Assembly: GCA_036172245.1 (NCBI GenBank)
Contig: JAYWIR010000007.1
Coordinates: 3,844,001-3,908,000, forward strand
Reading direction: 5' to 3'
DNA: 64,000 nt
Origin: Raillietiella orientalis
Taxonomy: Eukaryota
In this document: positions 38,640 through 50,398 of the stretch, in pieces
Position numbering within the stretch: the first letter of the stretch is position 1
How the letters are laid out: each line of letters begins with the position of its first letter
Made by a program: the position numbers and the translations under genes
The notes under the pieces: generated by a model
The model's input: only the letters and a program-made list of their open reading frames with translations
Database searches by the model: none
Told to the model about the DNA's origin: nothing

Positions 38640-39080
38640 CTTTCTGCATACGGGTCACTTATCTTTCATCAGCGTAATAACCATCTCATAGGAACCGAAG
38701 TACACGCCACACACTTCACCCTCCCAAAAAGGCATGTGGTTCGAACAAACCATCATTGGGAAATATTGTGCCCCAAGAAGAAAAAAATGCCCGGGTTGCA
38801 ACTGGCTTATAAACCTGATACTAGGCAAGGAGATCTCGTCGATGATGATCTTATCCCCACCATGTGTTCCTTCTTCACGGCAACGCTTCAGGCTTTCCGA
38901 CACGCACCCATCCATGCAAGTGAAACGTGTTTCCCGGGGGGAAAAGTGGGTTATCAGCTTACGAAGTGCACAAAACTCTTAGTACTATGCACTCACGCGT
39001 TTAGTAGTAGAATTATCTCAATGAATGGCAAACGAATATGTACTTTCTGAAGTAACAGACACCGTCACCGGGAAATTATT
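38640..39080 (-). mobile_element. Possible Pif1-type (Helitron-like) helicase remnant
   Basis: GNTFH, KIIIDEISL and MPFWEGEVCGVYFG occur in the order of Pif1 motifs; frameshifted. Confidence 0.35.
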
Positions 39081-39949
39081 CAACGGGAAAACTGATTGTA
39101 CAATTTGTGCTAAGTCCACCTTCTCAATGTTTGGGATTCAATGAATGTACAGTCGCAAAAATAGCAGAGCATTCAGAAACATAGATAATCCTCATAAACA
39201 CTGAAATTAATTGATTATATATATAAGAATACAAGAAGTATTCACCGCTAACTTGTACACATAGCAGTTCAAAACAGAAGAATGGATGTGATTCGAATGC
39301 AAACATCTTTAAAAGCAATCTTAACGGCCAAGTTTTTGATTTCAGACATATTTTGTCCGAATGTTGTATTTTGTATGTTCACTAAATCAGATTCAAATTC
39401 AAAAAGTAATTGTTTTGGGGGACAAGTAATTAAGGTTTTCGTGTACCATTCCTAGAATTCCGGTTTTTACTCATCTTAGCATCCCGTTTATCAAATTTGC
39501 TTGGTGTTTTTTTTTTATGTTAAATCGATAGTTTATCCCTTCAACATAGATTCTTTTTTCTGCAGAGCTTGCAACTTATTCCACTCATATTTTTAAATAC
39601 ACTTTGAACAAAAACTGAAGCCATGTGCGATTTTTCCACATCGAAATACTGGTAGACGTTTTTCGAAACAAGCTTGAAAAACAATTCAGTGAGGTTTGAC
39701 AGCTGCTTATCCTTAACAACGGAGTTATTCGATGTTTTGGAGATTTATCTTAAACAGGTTATTGTAACTTTCAGTTTTCTGAAGTCCGACACGGTGGATT
39801 GATTTTATCTGTCGACAAGTTTTTAAGAAAACTCAGCAGAGTTGGGAACACACCTTTAACTCAGTTTCAAAAACATTTGAATAACACTACATTTTGCACT
39901 GAAGTCCACACTGGATGTCGCATTCCTGTGTGTGGTCCTAATGCTGTTC

Positions 39950-41610
39950 ACTTGTGGATCAACACTTTGGAGAGGGGAAGTCGGTGCTGCTTTGCACTCA
40001 ACAGATCACTTGCAGTTTCTGCAGGATATACCTGAGTGCTCATACAGGCACTAACGAACAGCTGGCTGTCCAGGAGTCGCTCGAGTTCGAGAGAGGTCTG
40101 GTGATCCTCCCAGGGTCTCCTATAAACACATGGTGTCATCACACTTTATGAGGCGCATGATTCTTCTTTTCTCCTGGTTCTACATGCCATTGATGTTTCA
40201 GGAGGCGATCCTAAGTCCCTGGAGGGAGACAGGAAAGAAGTCATCGAGGACTATTAGTGGGTTTGCCTTTCTTCTTTTTCTTCTGCTTTGGAGACGCTGT
40301 TTGAATCCTCTCCGCAGAACGAAACTCTCCTAGGTCACTCTCCGAATCGAATCGATGTGGTCGGCTCTCTCTTCCGTGAGGTGTTCCTTCTCTTGGGCCA
40401 GATGGGCAGTCCGCGGGGTTTTCATCGCAGGGGTCAAGATATATTGGGCCGACTAGACAAATTTGGCTTTCACCTGACTCGGTCGATCCTTCAGCTGCAA
40501 CCTCTGTTCTTAATTTGCCAATGTCTACACGATGGCATCCGCAATTTCGGAGATGCTGAGCAGGATCTTCTTCTGCTACTCTTACGTGTTTTTCGGACGA
40601 CTTTCGCTTCGAGTATGACCGCGTCCTGGTCATACTCCGCCACCTGCTGCTTCTCCTCCTATATCGCACCGCTGTCCAGCACAGTTTTTGGAGGAGGATG
40701 AAGCTCTTCATTAACTGACTTCCTATTATTGTTTTTGTTCTTCATCGCGGTAAAGCCCGGTTCAGTGCCTGCGCTCACAATCTCCACCTTTTGTTGCTGT
40801 TCCTTCTCTTGTATTCATAGCAGAGGAGGCATCCACGGGGTTATGAGCCATGCTCAGTACCTTCTGCAGTAGCTCTTCGTATGGCCCGAGAGCTTAAAGT
40901 GATGGCATGCAATCGGAATCAGGCGGCCTTCCTGGCCGCACTTGAAACATTCTCCTTCAGGAAGACGACTACCCGGTGCCCGAACTGTTTGCAACCCGCT
41001 AAGAAAATAGGCTACATCCGGTATCGCACCAGGACGTGTAGGGAACGGGAGTCAGTGGAGGCGATTCTGGGGATCTTGGCTCCCTGAAATTCTGATTCGG
41101 GTCATCACTTTACCGCCGAAGATATCAATCATGTTGTTAAAGAGCACAACTTTGTGCACCCCACCATGTTGGGAGAAGAAATCCCACATAGTCCTGATTT
41201 GTGAGTCAGTCAACTCTCAGTATACGGCCATGATGGAGTTTGTTTTCATCCCTCTCAGCAGTCGTCCGTTCAGGACAATGCCTTCCTCTGTGGGCGCCCC
41301 CTTAGTACTTCGTCGGATGTACACACCGTGAAGCCAGAGGCTCAAGGAAGGATCGCTTGGATTTTGGTGAAATCCACATTCTTAGGGAGGAGAGTGGAGG
41401 GCGACGTATACATCTCGCCTCAGGGTCGCGATCTTACAGGTCCTCGTCTTGACCACGGAGTCCACATCCCACACGGGATTCTTTATTATTATGATTTCAA
41501 ACACGGAGGGACTCGTTCCGCTTGCCGTTGCTGCCGCCATGTTCCGCATTGTTGGGAGCGATGCTGCCAGAGCTGGAGCGGTCATCTCCTGAGATACGGA
41601 CGGCCGCATA
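39950..41610 (-). mobile_element. L1/Tx1-like ORF1 remnant
   Basis: DFFSQHGGVHKV (RRM-like), GCKQFGH and CFKCGQEG knuckles at about 40930-41000, K/R/E-rich tail. Confidence 0.7.
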
Positions 41611-44600
41611 CCTCCATTAAAGTTGCGGTTCCATCGACTGCCCAGTCCCTCGGACTACTTACTCGTACTTGTAATTTTCACAGCATTTTCCATTTTATAT
41701 AATAGATAAATAATTGCCTGGGAAATCGTGCTTTCATTTCAGAATTTCCCTATCCTGCTGATATTCTTAAAAGTTCGCTTTTCTGGATGAATCTAAGCTG
41801 GAAAACACGATGTATTTTGTAAAATATACTGCTCTGCTAAAAACGAACTTCATATCACAGACTTATGGGTCCTAACAATCTAAGTACAGCATTTCTTATA
41901 GACTTTTATAAGTATTTCATAAATCACAACTGTAACATTCAGTTCAGGTCTAACCTCAGGAGTCTAGCAGTTGTCATCATCGAGCACATTTTTATGGAGC
42001 TGTTGGTTTTGAATTTCTTACTGAATTGTGCTTTCAAGGAAAAATGAATTTAAATTATCTGTAAAACAAATATCGCTTTTTAACACCTACAGATGGTATC
42101 TCCTATGCAGCGATGTGCTCTTGGTTCGGATTTAACGCCAGATGTACAAAAAATTTCAGTTCAATGCAAAAACCAAAGTATAGCGAAATATACTGTTTAC
42201 ATTGTATGTTCTTCACTTTAGCTGTCTCGACACAGAAACAGTATTTGTCTTGTTTCGAAACCAGAAGTGGATGCTTACAGCACCTTCAGAGCATTCTTTT
42301 GATGCTAGCATCTGAACATCATGGATGGATTACTATTTTGTTTGTAAGCTTTGAACAAAACTCCTTGAAAACCAATTTATTATGAACTGTATGGACCTAC
42401 TATAAACTGCATTTCAAAGGTTCATTGGCTATTGCTTCACTTTCTGTAGCATTGGAAAATTGGTAGTAGGAAAAAAACACTCCGGAAGCCATGTGCTATT
42501 GCTCAATCATGTGTTGTATGATCTAAGAATCAATTCTTTGCCACATTAATTAAAGAAAACAATTTATGGTGTTTTTGTCTCCCTTGAACAAGTATTAAAT
42601 TTGCAAAATAATATGACATTTTAACGTTTGAAACAGAAACAAAGTGAGGAGTTGCAATTTGAGTTTAGCTGATGATCGCTGGTGACCGAACCGCAAAGTT
42701 TTTCTAGAGTAATCTTCCCGCAGATTCTCACAACTTTTTTTTTTTTTTTTGTCTTTTAGAGATTCTCTGATTAGATGACTGTTCGTGTAGCGTCAGATCA
42801 TGAATAATCAGCATTGTAACTGATTCCACTAGTTCACAAAAAGGTTTTTAGCCAAATGTGAAAAGAAACACAGCTGAAGCAAGTTTCATGATCATAAATT
42901 CAAGGTAAAGCAATTTTTAATGATTATGCAGTGAATATATGATTGAATCATAAGACCTTCAAGTCTCATTGTTTTGAAGTCGGATGAGATCATAGCAAAG
43001 GTAACACGTACAAGATGCATCATGATGCATTATGGACACATAAATTGGATTTAGCTTATTTACTATTTCTAATTTACAAAAATATTTATTTCTATCATGC
43101 ACTGTGAAGATAAAGGTATTGTAGGTAATTATTTGAGAAAGAAAATCCAATAAAAGAGGAAATTTTCTTTTGCGAGGATTTTCATAAGAGGGAGTTACTG
43201 TTTTTATTTATCGACTGTTTGTGGGGATTTCGAACAGCAGGTGAAATTTAACATTCAATTCCATCTGTCAAAGATTGAACAATGCTCCCAGTAAAAGAGT
43301 TTCAAACCAATCTATGCACCCTCAAAATTGTAAGTAACCTCACATTACCGCGCAAAAATCTCATTTTCTTCAGTATTGTGGAAAACCAGGGAAGAAACGA
43401 GCTGCTATAAAAAGAATAGATAACAGTTGTAGAGATAAAAAAAAAAAAAACACGCATTCCTTATTGTGTTCACTTCAGTGTTAACAAGAGACAGTTTAGT
43501 TCGAATTGAGATACGCAGATGGAACACAGACCCGGTTAGAAAAACAGTCTCTAATTGTAATGTTCTGTTTTGGGCGGAATTACTTTGTTCTCCTCACGTA
43601 GCGGAGATATTTGGAGGATCTGAAACGATCATCGCTCTTGAGAACAGAATGCAAGAACAGTGAGTGATGCATCACGTTGCCCATCTGCTAGTAAAGAGCA
43701 TTAAACATACCCGAATTCCAAGCATGAAGAAAATAAACCACTTTCTACGGCTTATTCAATGTAAACTTTAATCATCAAGAAATCTGGATACGAATGATTC
43801 TCTTGTGTTTACAAAATGACATTTGGTAGGATAGCTTGAACATTTGCCAGTAGTCTTTAGTACCTTCCCGACAATACAGGTGTACACCAGTGCTATTCCC
43901 ACACATCTTTCTTTCTTTTTTTTACTCAAATTGATTTGCAATTATCAAATCAATCAAATAACAATAAAAGTTACTTCAAAATCATATGTTGCAAATTATT
44001 TGTAGAACAGAAATTCATCACTTATTTTGTCATCGAAGTTGCAATACATGAATGTCAGAAACTTAGAACGGTTAGAAATATGTGTACTTCAAGAATAGTG
44101 TTCTTACAAGAATAATACTTCTGAGCATCTTTTCCATTAACTAGTTGTAGACGTCTTTTATTCGCCTCGTCTCTGTGATATTCAATAGCACAGTGTAATA
44201 CTTCAATGTTTTGCCTCTGTGTATTCTCAGGGCAGTTGACTTGTAGTAACTAAATTAACAAAATGGGCTATTCTATGAAAATGGATATTTTCACTCTTTC
44301 TCTGAATGCATTGTAACCTTTTGCACATCTCAACCAATTGTTTTCTTCATTGTTTTGTGCTCTGAAAACTGTACTTTCCATTTGCTTTGTGAAACTCCAG
44401 TAAGTTTGTTGATTTGATGCTTCATTTCCCAATGAAAGCAAAGTTCCTGGCTTTGTATTTTCATTAGGTAAAGTTTATTAAAAAAACCACTTGATGTTTC
44501 CTTGTTACCCTCATGTTCTGTGCGAAGAAATCCATAAGGTATGATTTTAAACAGTGTTTACGAATTTTGTATTTCTCCAAGTGGCACTTATTCACTTGCA

Positions 44601-46623
44601 TACGGCCTCAGCTCTCCAATCATTGCTTTTCTGTTTGGTTGTTTTTACTAGCGAACATAAATATCACTAGTGTATACGATCTGGTACGTATCTAAGGTGA
44701 ATTCTTATCGTAGATACAAAAGAGTGCTTGATAAAGCTAAGAAAGCACCCAGATTACTCGAGCATTTCTCACTTACACGATTCACTTTGGTCTGGGTATC
44801 AGTTTTGTCCTCCGACACACGTCTAACGTGTCATACCGGGCTATATCAACGGCTTTCTTGTTTCATCTTTTGAGAAGAAACAGAGTAAAAAAATTGAAGC
44901 ATATGCTTGCAAAAAAAGTACATGGTGAAAATTAACTACTTTTGCTAATAAATTATTGGAATAATATGCCACTCTAGAACTTTCATGCACAAAAATTATT
45001 TTTAGAGTATGATCATATGTCGAACAACATTTTTGATTAAGACATTTTTTAAAGCATGGAGTTCACTCGAAATTTCTGAAATCCATTAATCCATCGTATG
45101 GCATTCATGAAGAGTTATTGCTTATACATAAGCAACTTTTTATGGTGTCTTACAGGGGTGATCAAAGATCGTCATCAAGAGAATAGGACCAATGCTGACA
45201 CATTCCATAGTATCTTAGGTTGTTATTATTACAGTTATGAACGACCGAAGAAACTAGAATTTTTGTAGATCTGAAGTAGATTACATTGATTTGAAGTAGA
45301 TTAGGTCAAAGTTGAGCAGACTAAGAGCAGACTCATCGTGCGTAAGGAAACGATTGCCATAGTGTTTTTAACGCTTCAAGCAACCGTTCGGAAATGAAAT
45401 TCTAATTCCATGGACCTCAAGAATTTATTGGTGTTCTTGGCTTGGGGGAATTGACTATATCATTAGCGGGAATATGTTTATTCTCTAGTGATTTTAATGG
45501 TCAAATGGAATAAGCTGAATAAGATTCACTTCTTCACATGAAGAGTCCTCAACCAACTAAATAAGAGATTAAAATTAACAAGATGATACAAAGCCATGCA
45601 GCATCTCCAGCCCCAACACACAGAATTGCTTTTTCACTGGAAAATAATCTGAAGAATCATACTAATGTTTCGATGTTAAGCTTTGATTTAAAATAGTATG
45701 CTTTATTTGCTTTAGGATACTTTGCATTCTCAAAGTTTATGTTGGTTGTCGTACATAATGAGCTAAAAACGACTTCTGCTTCCGTTGACAAACTGAGTTT
45801 CCAAATTTGTCAACGGTAATTTTTTTTCTGAATTCCATTTAATGTAATGTAATGTTTCATATAATGCTTTCAATATTTCTAATAACTGTTTTGGGTATAT
45901 ATTGCTCCCGTATACAAATTAAAGAAATTCTTAAAACTGCTAAAATTAATTGGTAATTTCTGATGGTTGCTTTTTCTGCAAGATTTTAATAACAACAGTG
46001 CTGTAAAATGACTGGCATTATTTGGAAATCAAGAAATACATTCGAACTAGCAGGCTATTTCGATTGCATTTTGCAGCGAGGAAAAGTCAAGTGCAAAAGC
46101 TTCGTAAAATATATTCTTCATGGCATTTAAATATCCACATTTATCAAGAAGCTTTTCCAGGATTTAAAGAATGAACACGAAGCAACGAAAACATAGCATG
46201 TCGAAAGAATTGACATGTCACGTTTTCGTCATTTTCCAAACAAGAATTTACTGGCCTTCATTATCGCTTTGATTACATTTTTCCAAAAGATTATGACATG
46301 ATATTGGATGTACGGCACATTTACCCAGATTACGTCTTTCATTTTGTGGTACGGGGGTTTTATTTTAAGTACCTTACAAAAAAAATGTTTCTTTCCTACA
46401 GGGTGACCTTAAATGTCTTTCGTTCGCTCGACTCGTTCGAGAAAGTCATATCACTGAAAGTTAAGCAAACGTCTTGAAAGTACTGCAAGTGTGTTTTGGG
46501 GGAACCCCAGTGATCATCCTAAGCTCCCGTACAACATTGTGATCAGTGACTTTTGCGTTGAGATTTACACTGTAGCTCGAAGGCTACACAGGAAAACTGA
46601 ATAGGGCACCAAAAACAAAAGTT

Positions 46624-49600
46624 ATGCCTTTGAAATCCTTGTACTCTAGGAATAAGCATATCGCATCCTCATTCATTTTTTCTGGAAATAGGTTATTTAA
46701 TGAAGGTCGCAAAGAGTCAGTGGGAGTGAAACGAGCCAGGTAATGTTTAGAGCACTTTCAGGTCTAGTAAACAGTTTTTGGGTATGCGTGCCCCAGATTG
46801 TATTAAGAGATATGAAACCCTTAAAGATATTATTATTTTTTTTTTTTTTGGGGGGGTACTATAGTGTATCCACCCAAAACATAAACGATTGTTCATGCTT
46901 GAGGTGAAGTTGCATATTAAATTGAAATTTTGGTTGTTTGAAACATGGCACCTTGTTGGCACATTTCATGTTACTGATTGCCTCACGTGAATTATCATAT
47001 TGTAAATGATTTTTACGGAATCTGTAAATTTGTGCCTCTTTTCTTTTCTTGAAAAGATCGTACTTTTATGGTTTCAAATCCATTAAGAGGTCATCAGTGT
47101 GTAGGAACCAAACTGAAATTGGCTTGTACACTTTCCCCCCCAAGAAACGTCACTTTTCTTTGAAGAGTGTTATTGTATATTTGATGCCTACTGTAACTCA
47201 TGGTGCCTACTCACTACTAATGAGCTCAGTACCTTTATGGAGTGATCATTATTGCTCCTGCTTAGTGTTATGCATGAGATGATTGCTGTTTTACAACTTG
47301 AAAAACTTTTAAGATTTTTGTTTGGAAAGTATGTAATAATGAGGGGTTATCTAATCCATCAGCTCCATGACAATTGCAGTATATTTTCAGTAGAATAGAA
47401 GATGTGGCAGAGTAAAGATTGCATTTGGTAATGATGTAAAAAGAGTTGTGCATACTATTAAATTTGGAGATTAAAAATGTTTTAAAGAGAAATGTGATAT
47501 TTTCAAATGTTTGTATCAGCCTTCTTTGGTGTGTGATGATTCTTCTTAATTCCATCTTTTCTAAGCACTTTCTCTTGCATGTAACAAAATTGAAATTTTT
47601 TGGAATTTGTAGTACATGTAAGAATAGGCAAGCTAAAAAATGTTTAGTTCAATTTTCTTCAGCAGCATTGCCTGTTCTTAACAAATTATGAGAAGCAGCT
47701 GCCGTATTCTTCATGGAGATGGCAGATTATACAGCTACCTGTTTTAGATTTCTCTAATACAAAATTGATTTGACACACATCTTTGATAATATTTCATAAA
47801 AGATGTGGTTTAAACTGTCCTGTATTTGTAACAATATGCAATTTTTCTCCATACATCAAATCAAGATTTCAGCTTTTCTAATGTTATTATATGAAAAATA
47901 TTGCTAGAATTTTATTTTGGCCAAGAAAATTCCTCGCCCAAATTTGCTACTAATTAATTTGTTTATAATGGGTACCATTATGTAGAAGTTAATGATGCAA
48001 TCTATTAGTTTAAAATTAATCCTCTCATGCAAGGTATTTTAGTGCATCAAGTGCCCATGCTTATAAACAACAATACAGGATTGCAACTTGAAAGATTGCA
48101 GTCAGAGTATGTATTGAGGTGATTTGCATTTTTTTTATGGCTACAGGCAGATGAGATTGTGTAGAAATTGAATGAAAACTAATCATAGTGCTCAAACACT
48201 TTCCTTGGAATGACTCCTCCTGTGCACTATTCTGTGATGTTTATGTACTTTTTATTATATTATAAAAATACTGTGCATACATACTGTGCATTTGAAAAAG
48301 TTCGAGACATCCACATTTTCTGTTACCTGTGTTCAAATTCAGTAACCGTTTTTGGCAACAGTTGAACTTGCATTTGCAAAATTTTGGCAAGTCTTTCATT
48401 TCTTAATTCAAAGTTTACACCACATTTTGTTTTAGTAGGTATTTATTAAATTTTGTATGATATAGTAACTCCCTAATTGTGCAGATAGTATTTTCCTGTG
48501 GAATTTCCAATGCCTTTACGTTATTAGAACTCATTACTCACTATTTCATTTGCATTAGGAACCAAATCTTGTAGAATTTGCTCAAAATGTGTTAGCTGTT
48601 TCCAAATCTTTAGGCAATTTTTGTATGGCTAGAAAAAAAATTTCTTTGAGTGCATTGTTCTAATAGCAGAGGAATTGCACCAGTGACTTGGTGGAATTAG
48701 AAAATTCAAATTCTAAATATCACACTTCTATAACTTCAATTTTTGTATTAGGAAGACCTTATTTTACTGAATGTTCTTTTATCATCAGGATAGTGTGTTT
48801 CATTATTTAAGTGTGTGCACTTTCAGGAAAGACTTCAAATAAATAAATAAGAAAGAACTCATTTAATAGAAAATGATTTTCAATAGACATGTTAGCAAGG
48901 TAACATGCATACATATTAAAATGTTCAAAGATGCAGCTGTTAATAAGTAATTCATATCAATGTTTTTGGAGCATCATCTTTTTGGTAGTTTTTAACACTT
49001 ATTATTCAGGTGTTTGTAACATTCTTTTTAGAATCAAATCAATCAATCATGTGCATCAAGAAATAGATCAATTTGTTGTATTTTTACTCCTTTCAGTGCT
49101 ATACATTTGTGCAAATTCGGAGATGTTGGTTTTACCCGAGTTTTTACCTGAGTTGGTTTATTTTTGTCCTGAGGGTTAATTACATTGTTCCTCTAATAAG
49201 AAAATATTAGTTACCTTTTTTGGGTTTAGATTGTTTTGTCATTTTGTTTTTGTATGATATGTACTAAGCAATTTGTATTTTCAAAACAAATTTTATTATT
49301 TTTCTTTTTCTTTAGGAAAATCAAAGATGGCACACTGCAGAATTTTATTTGGTGAACATGCTTTTGAAACTGTCATTGGCTAGTGTGCATATACTATCCC
49401 CATTTAGTTTTTTATTGATTCTATCTAATGCTCATTTTGCATGTGCTTCTACCTTGAATTCCTGTACTGAAAGCAGTTTTTTCAATCTTTAGTTTGGAGA
49501 TAATGTAATAAAGAAACTGGATCTAAATATCTTGCATTCTATAAAAGATAAATCATAATTAAAGCAAAAGCAAAAAGGATTAACACTTATTTTCATTTTA

Positions 49601-50224
49601 ATATTGATACTTAAGGTTGGAATTAAGGTATTTATCAGTTCTGCTATAGCTTTCTGTAAATCAGCATCTTGGAATTCATGAAACATATGCAGAGTATATT
49701 TGAAGCTGCATCAGCATGTATTGATAACAGTACTTAAATTTGAACTCTTGAACACACTATCTAATAGTACTTTTTTTTATTTTAAAATAATTTTGCGATT
49801 TTTGAAAGTGTGGTTTATACATGTTTTTAAACAAAAGGATTAAAGAATTAAAAAAAATAAATCTCATGAAGTTAAGATTGTGTTTTTTTTGTTTTTTTTA
49901 GACTTTTATATCAGTCACGAAAAAGAGGAATGCTGGAAAATGATTTGTTGCTTTCAACTTTTGCACAAAAATATTTAGGAAGTATGAATGAAAGTCAGCT
50001 CCATCAATATGACCAGCTTATCAACAAACCAACCTGTGATTGGGATATTTATCATTGGGCAGTTGGTGTGACTAATGAATTGTTGTTGACTATAGGAAAA
50101 TAGCACATTTTCAGGTTTGCAGCCAACTCCTCATGAATTTGATAATGAAATTATGGACTGGCTTAAAACACATGCAATGAATAAGGAGAGAACACTGCGT
50201 ATCAGACAGCCAGATTTGTCCTAG
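46624..50224 (+). CDS. SDHAF2: Succinate dehydrogenase assembly factor 2 (Sdh5); exons 46624-46739, 49902-50065, 50115-50224; 129 aa
   Basis: [87 protein letters not shown]; intron phases consistent. Confidence 0.93.
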
Positions 50225-50398
50225 GAAATTGATATTGGGTTGGGTGGGTACATTTTTACCAGAAGTGAAACTCAAATCAGGACTATCCAATGACATTTGT
50301 TTCTTTGCCATGGCTACATTAATAAGAACCATATGCAATTCATGTATTATCTTGTTCATATGACTATGTTCATGGATATGGCATTTGTTTTAGGTAAA

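Noticed and set aside
42093..42345. Two apparent exons separated by a 43-nt GT-AG intron
   Set aside because: No recognisable product in any phase; may be UTR exons or chance
42664..42710. CTGATGAtcgc..gtgaccGAAC hammerhead-like motif
   Set aside because: Core GAAA is broken and stem III cannot form
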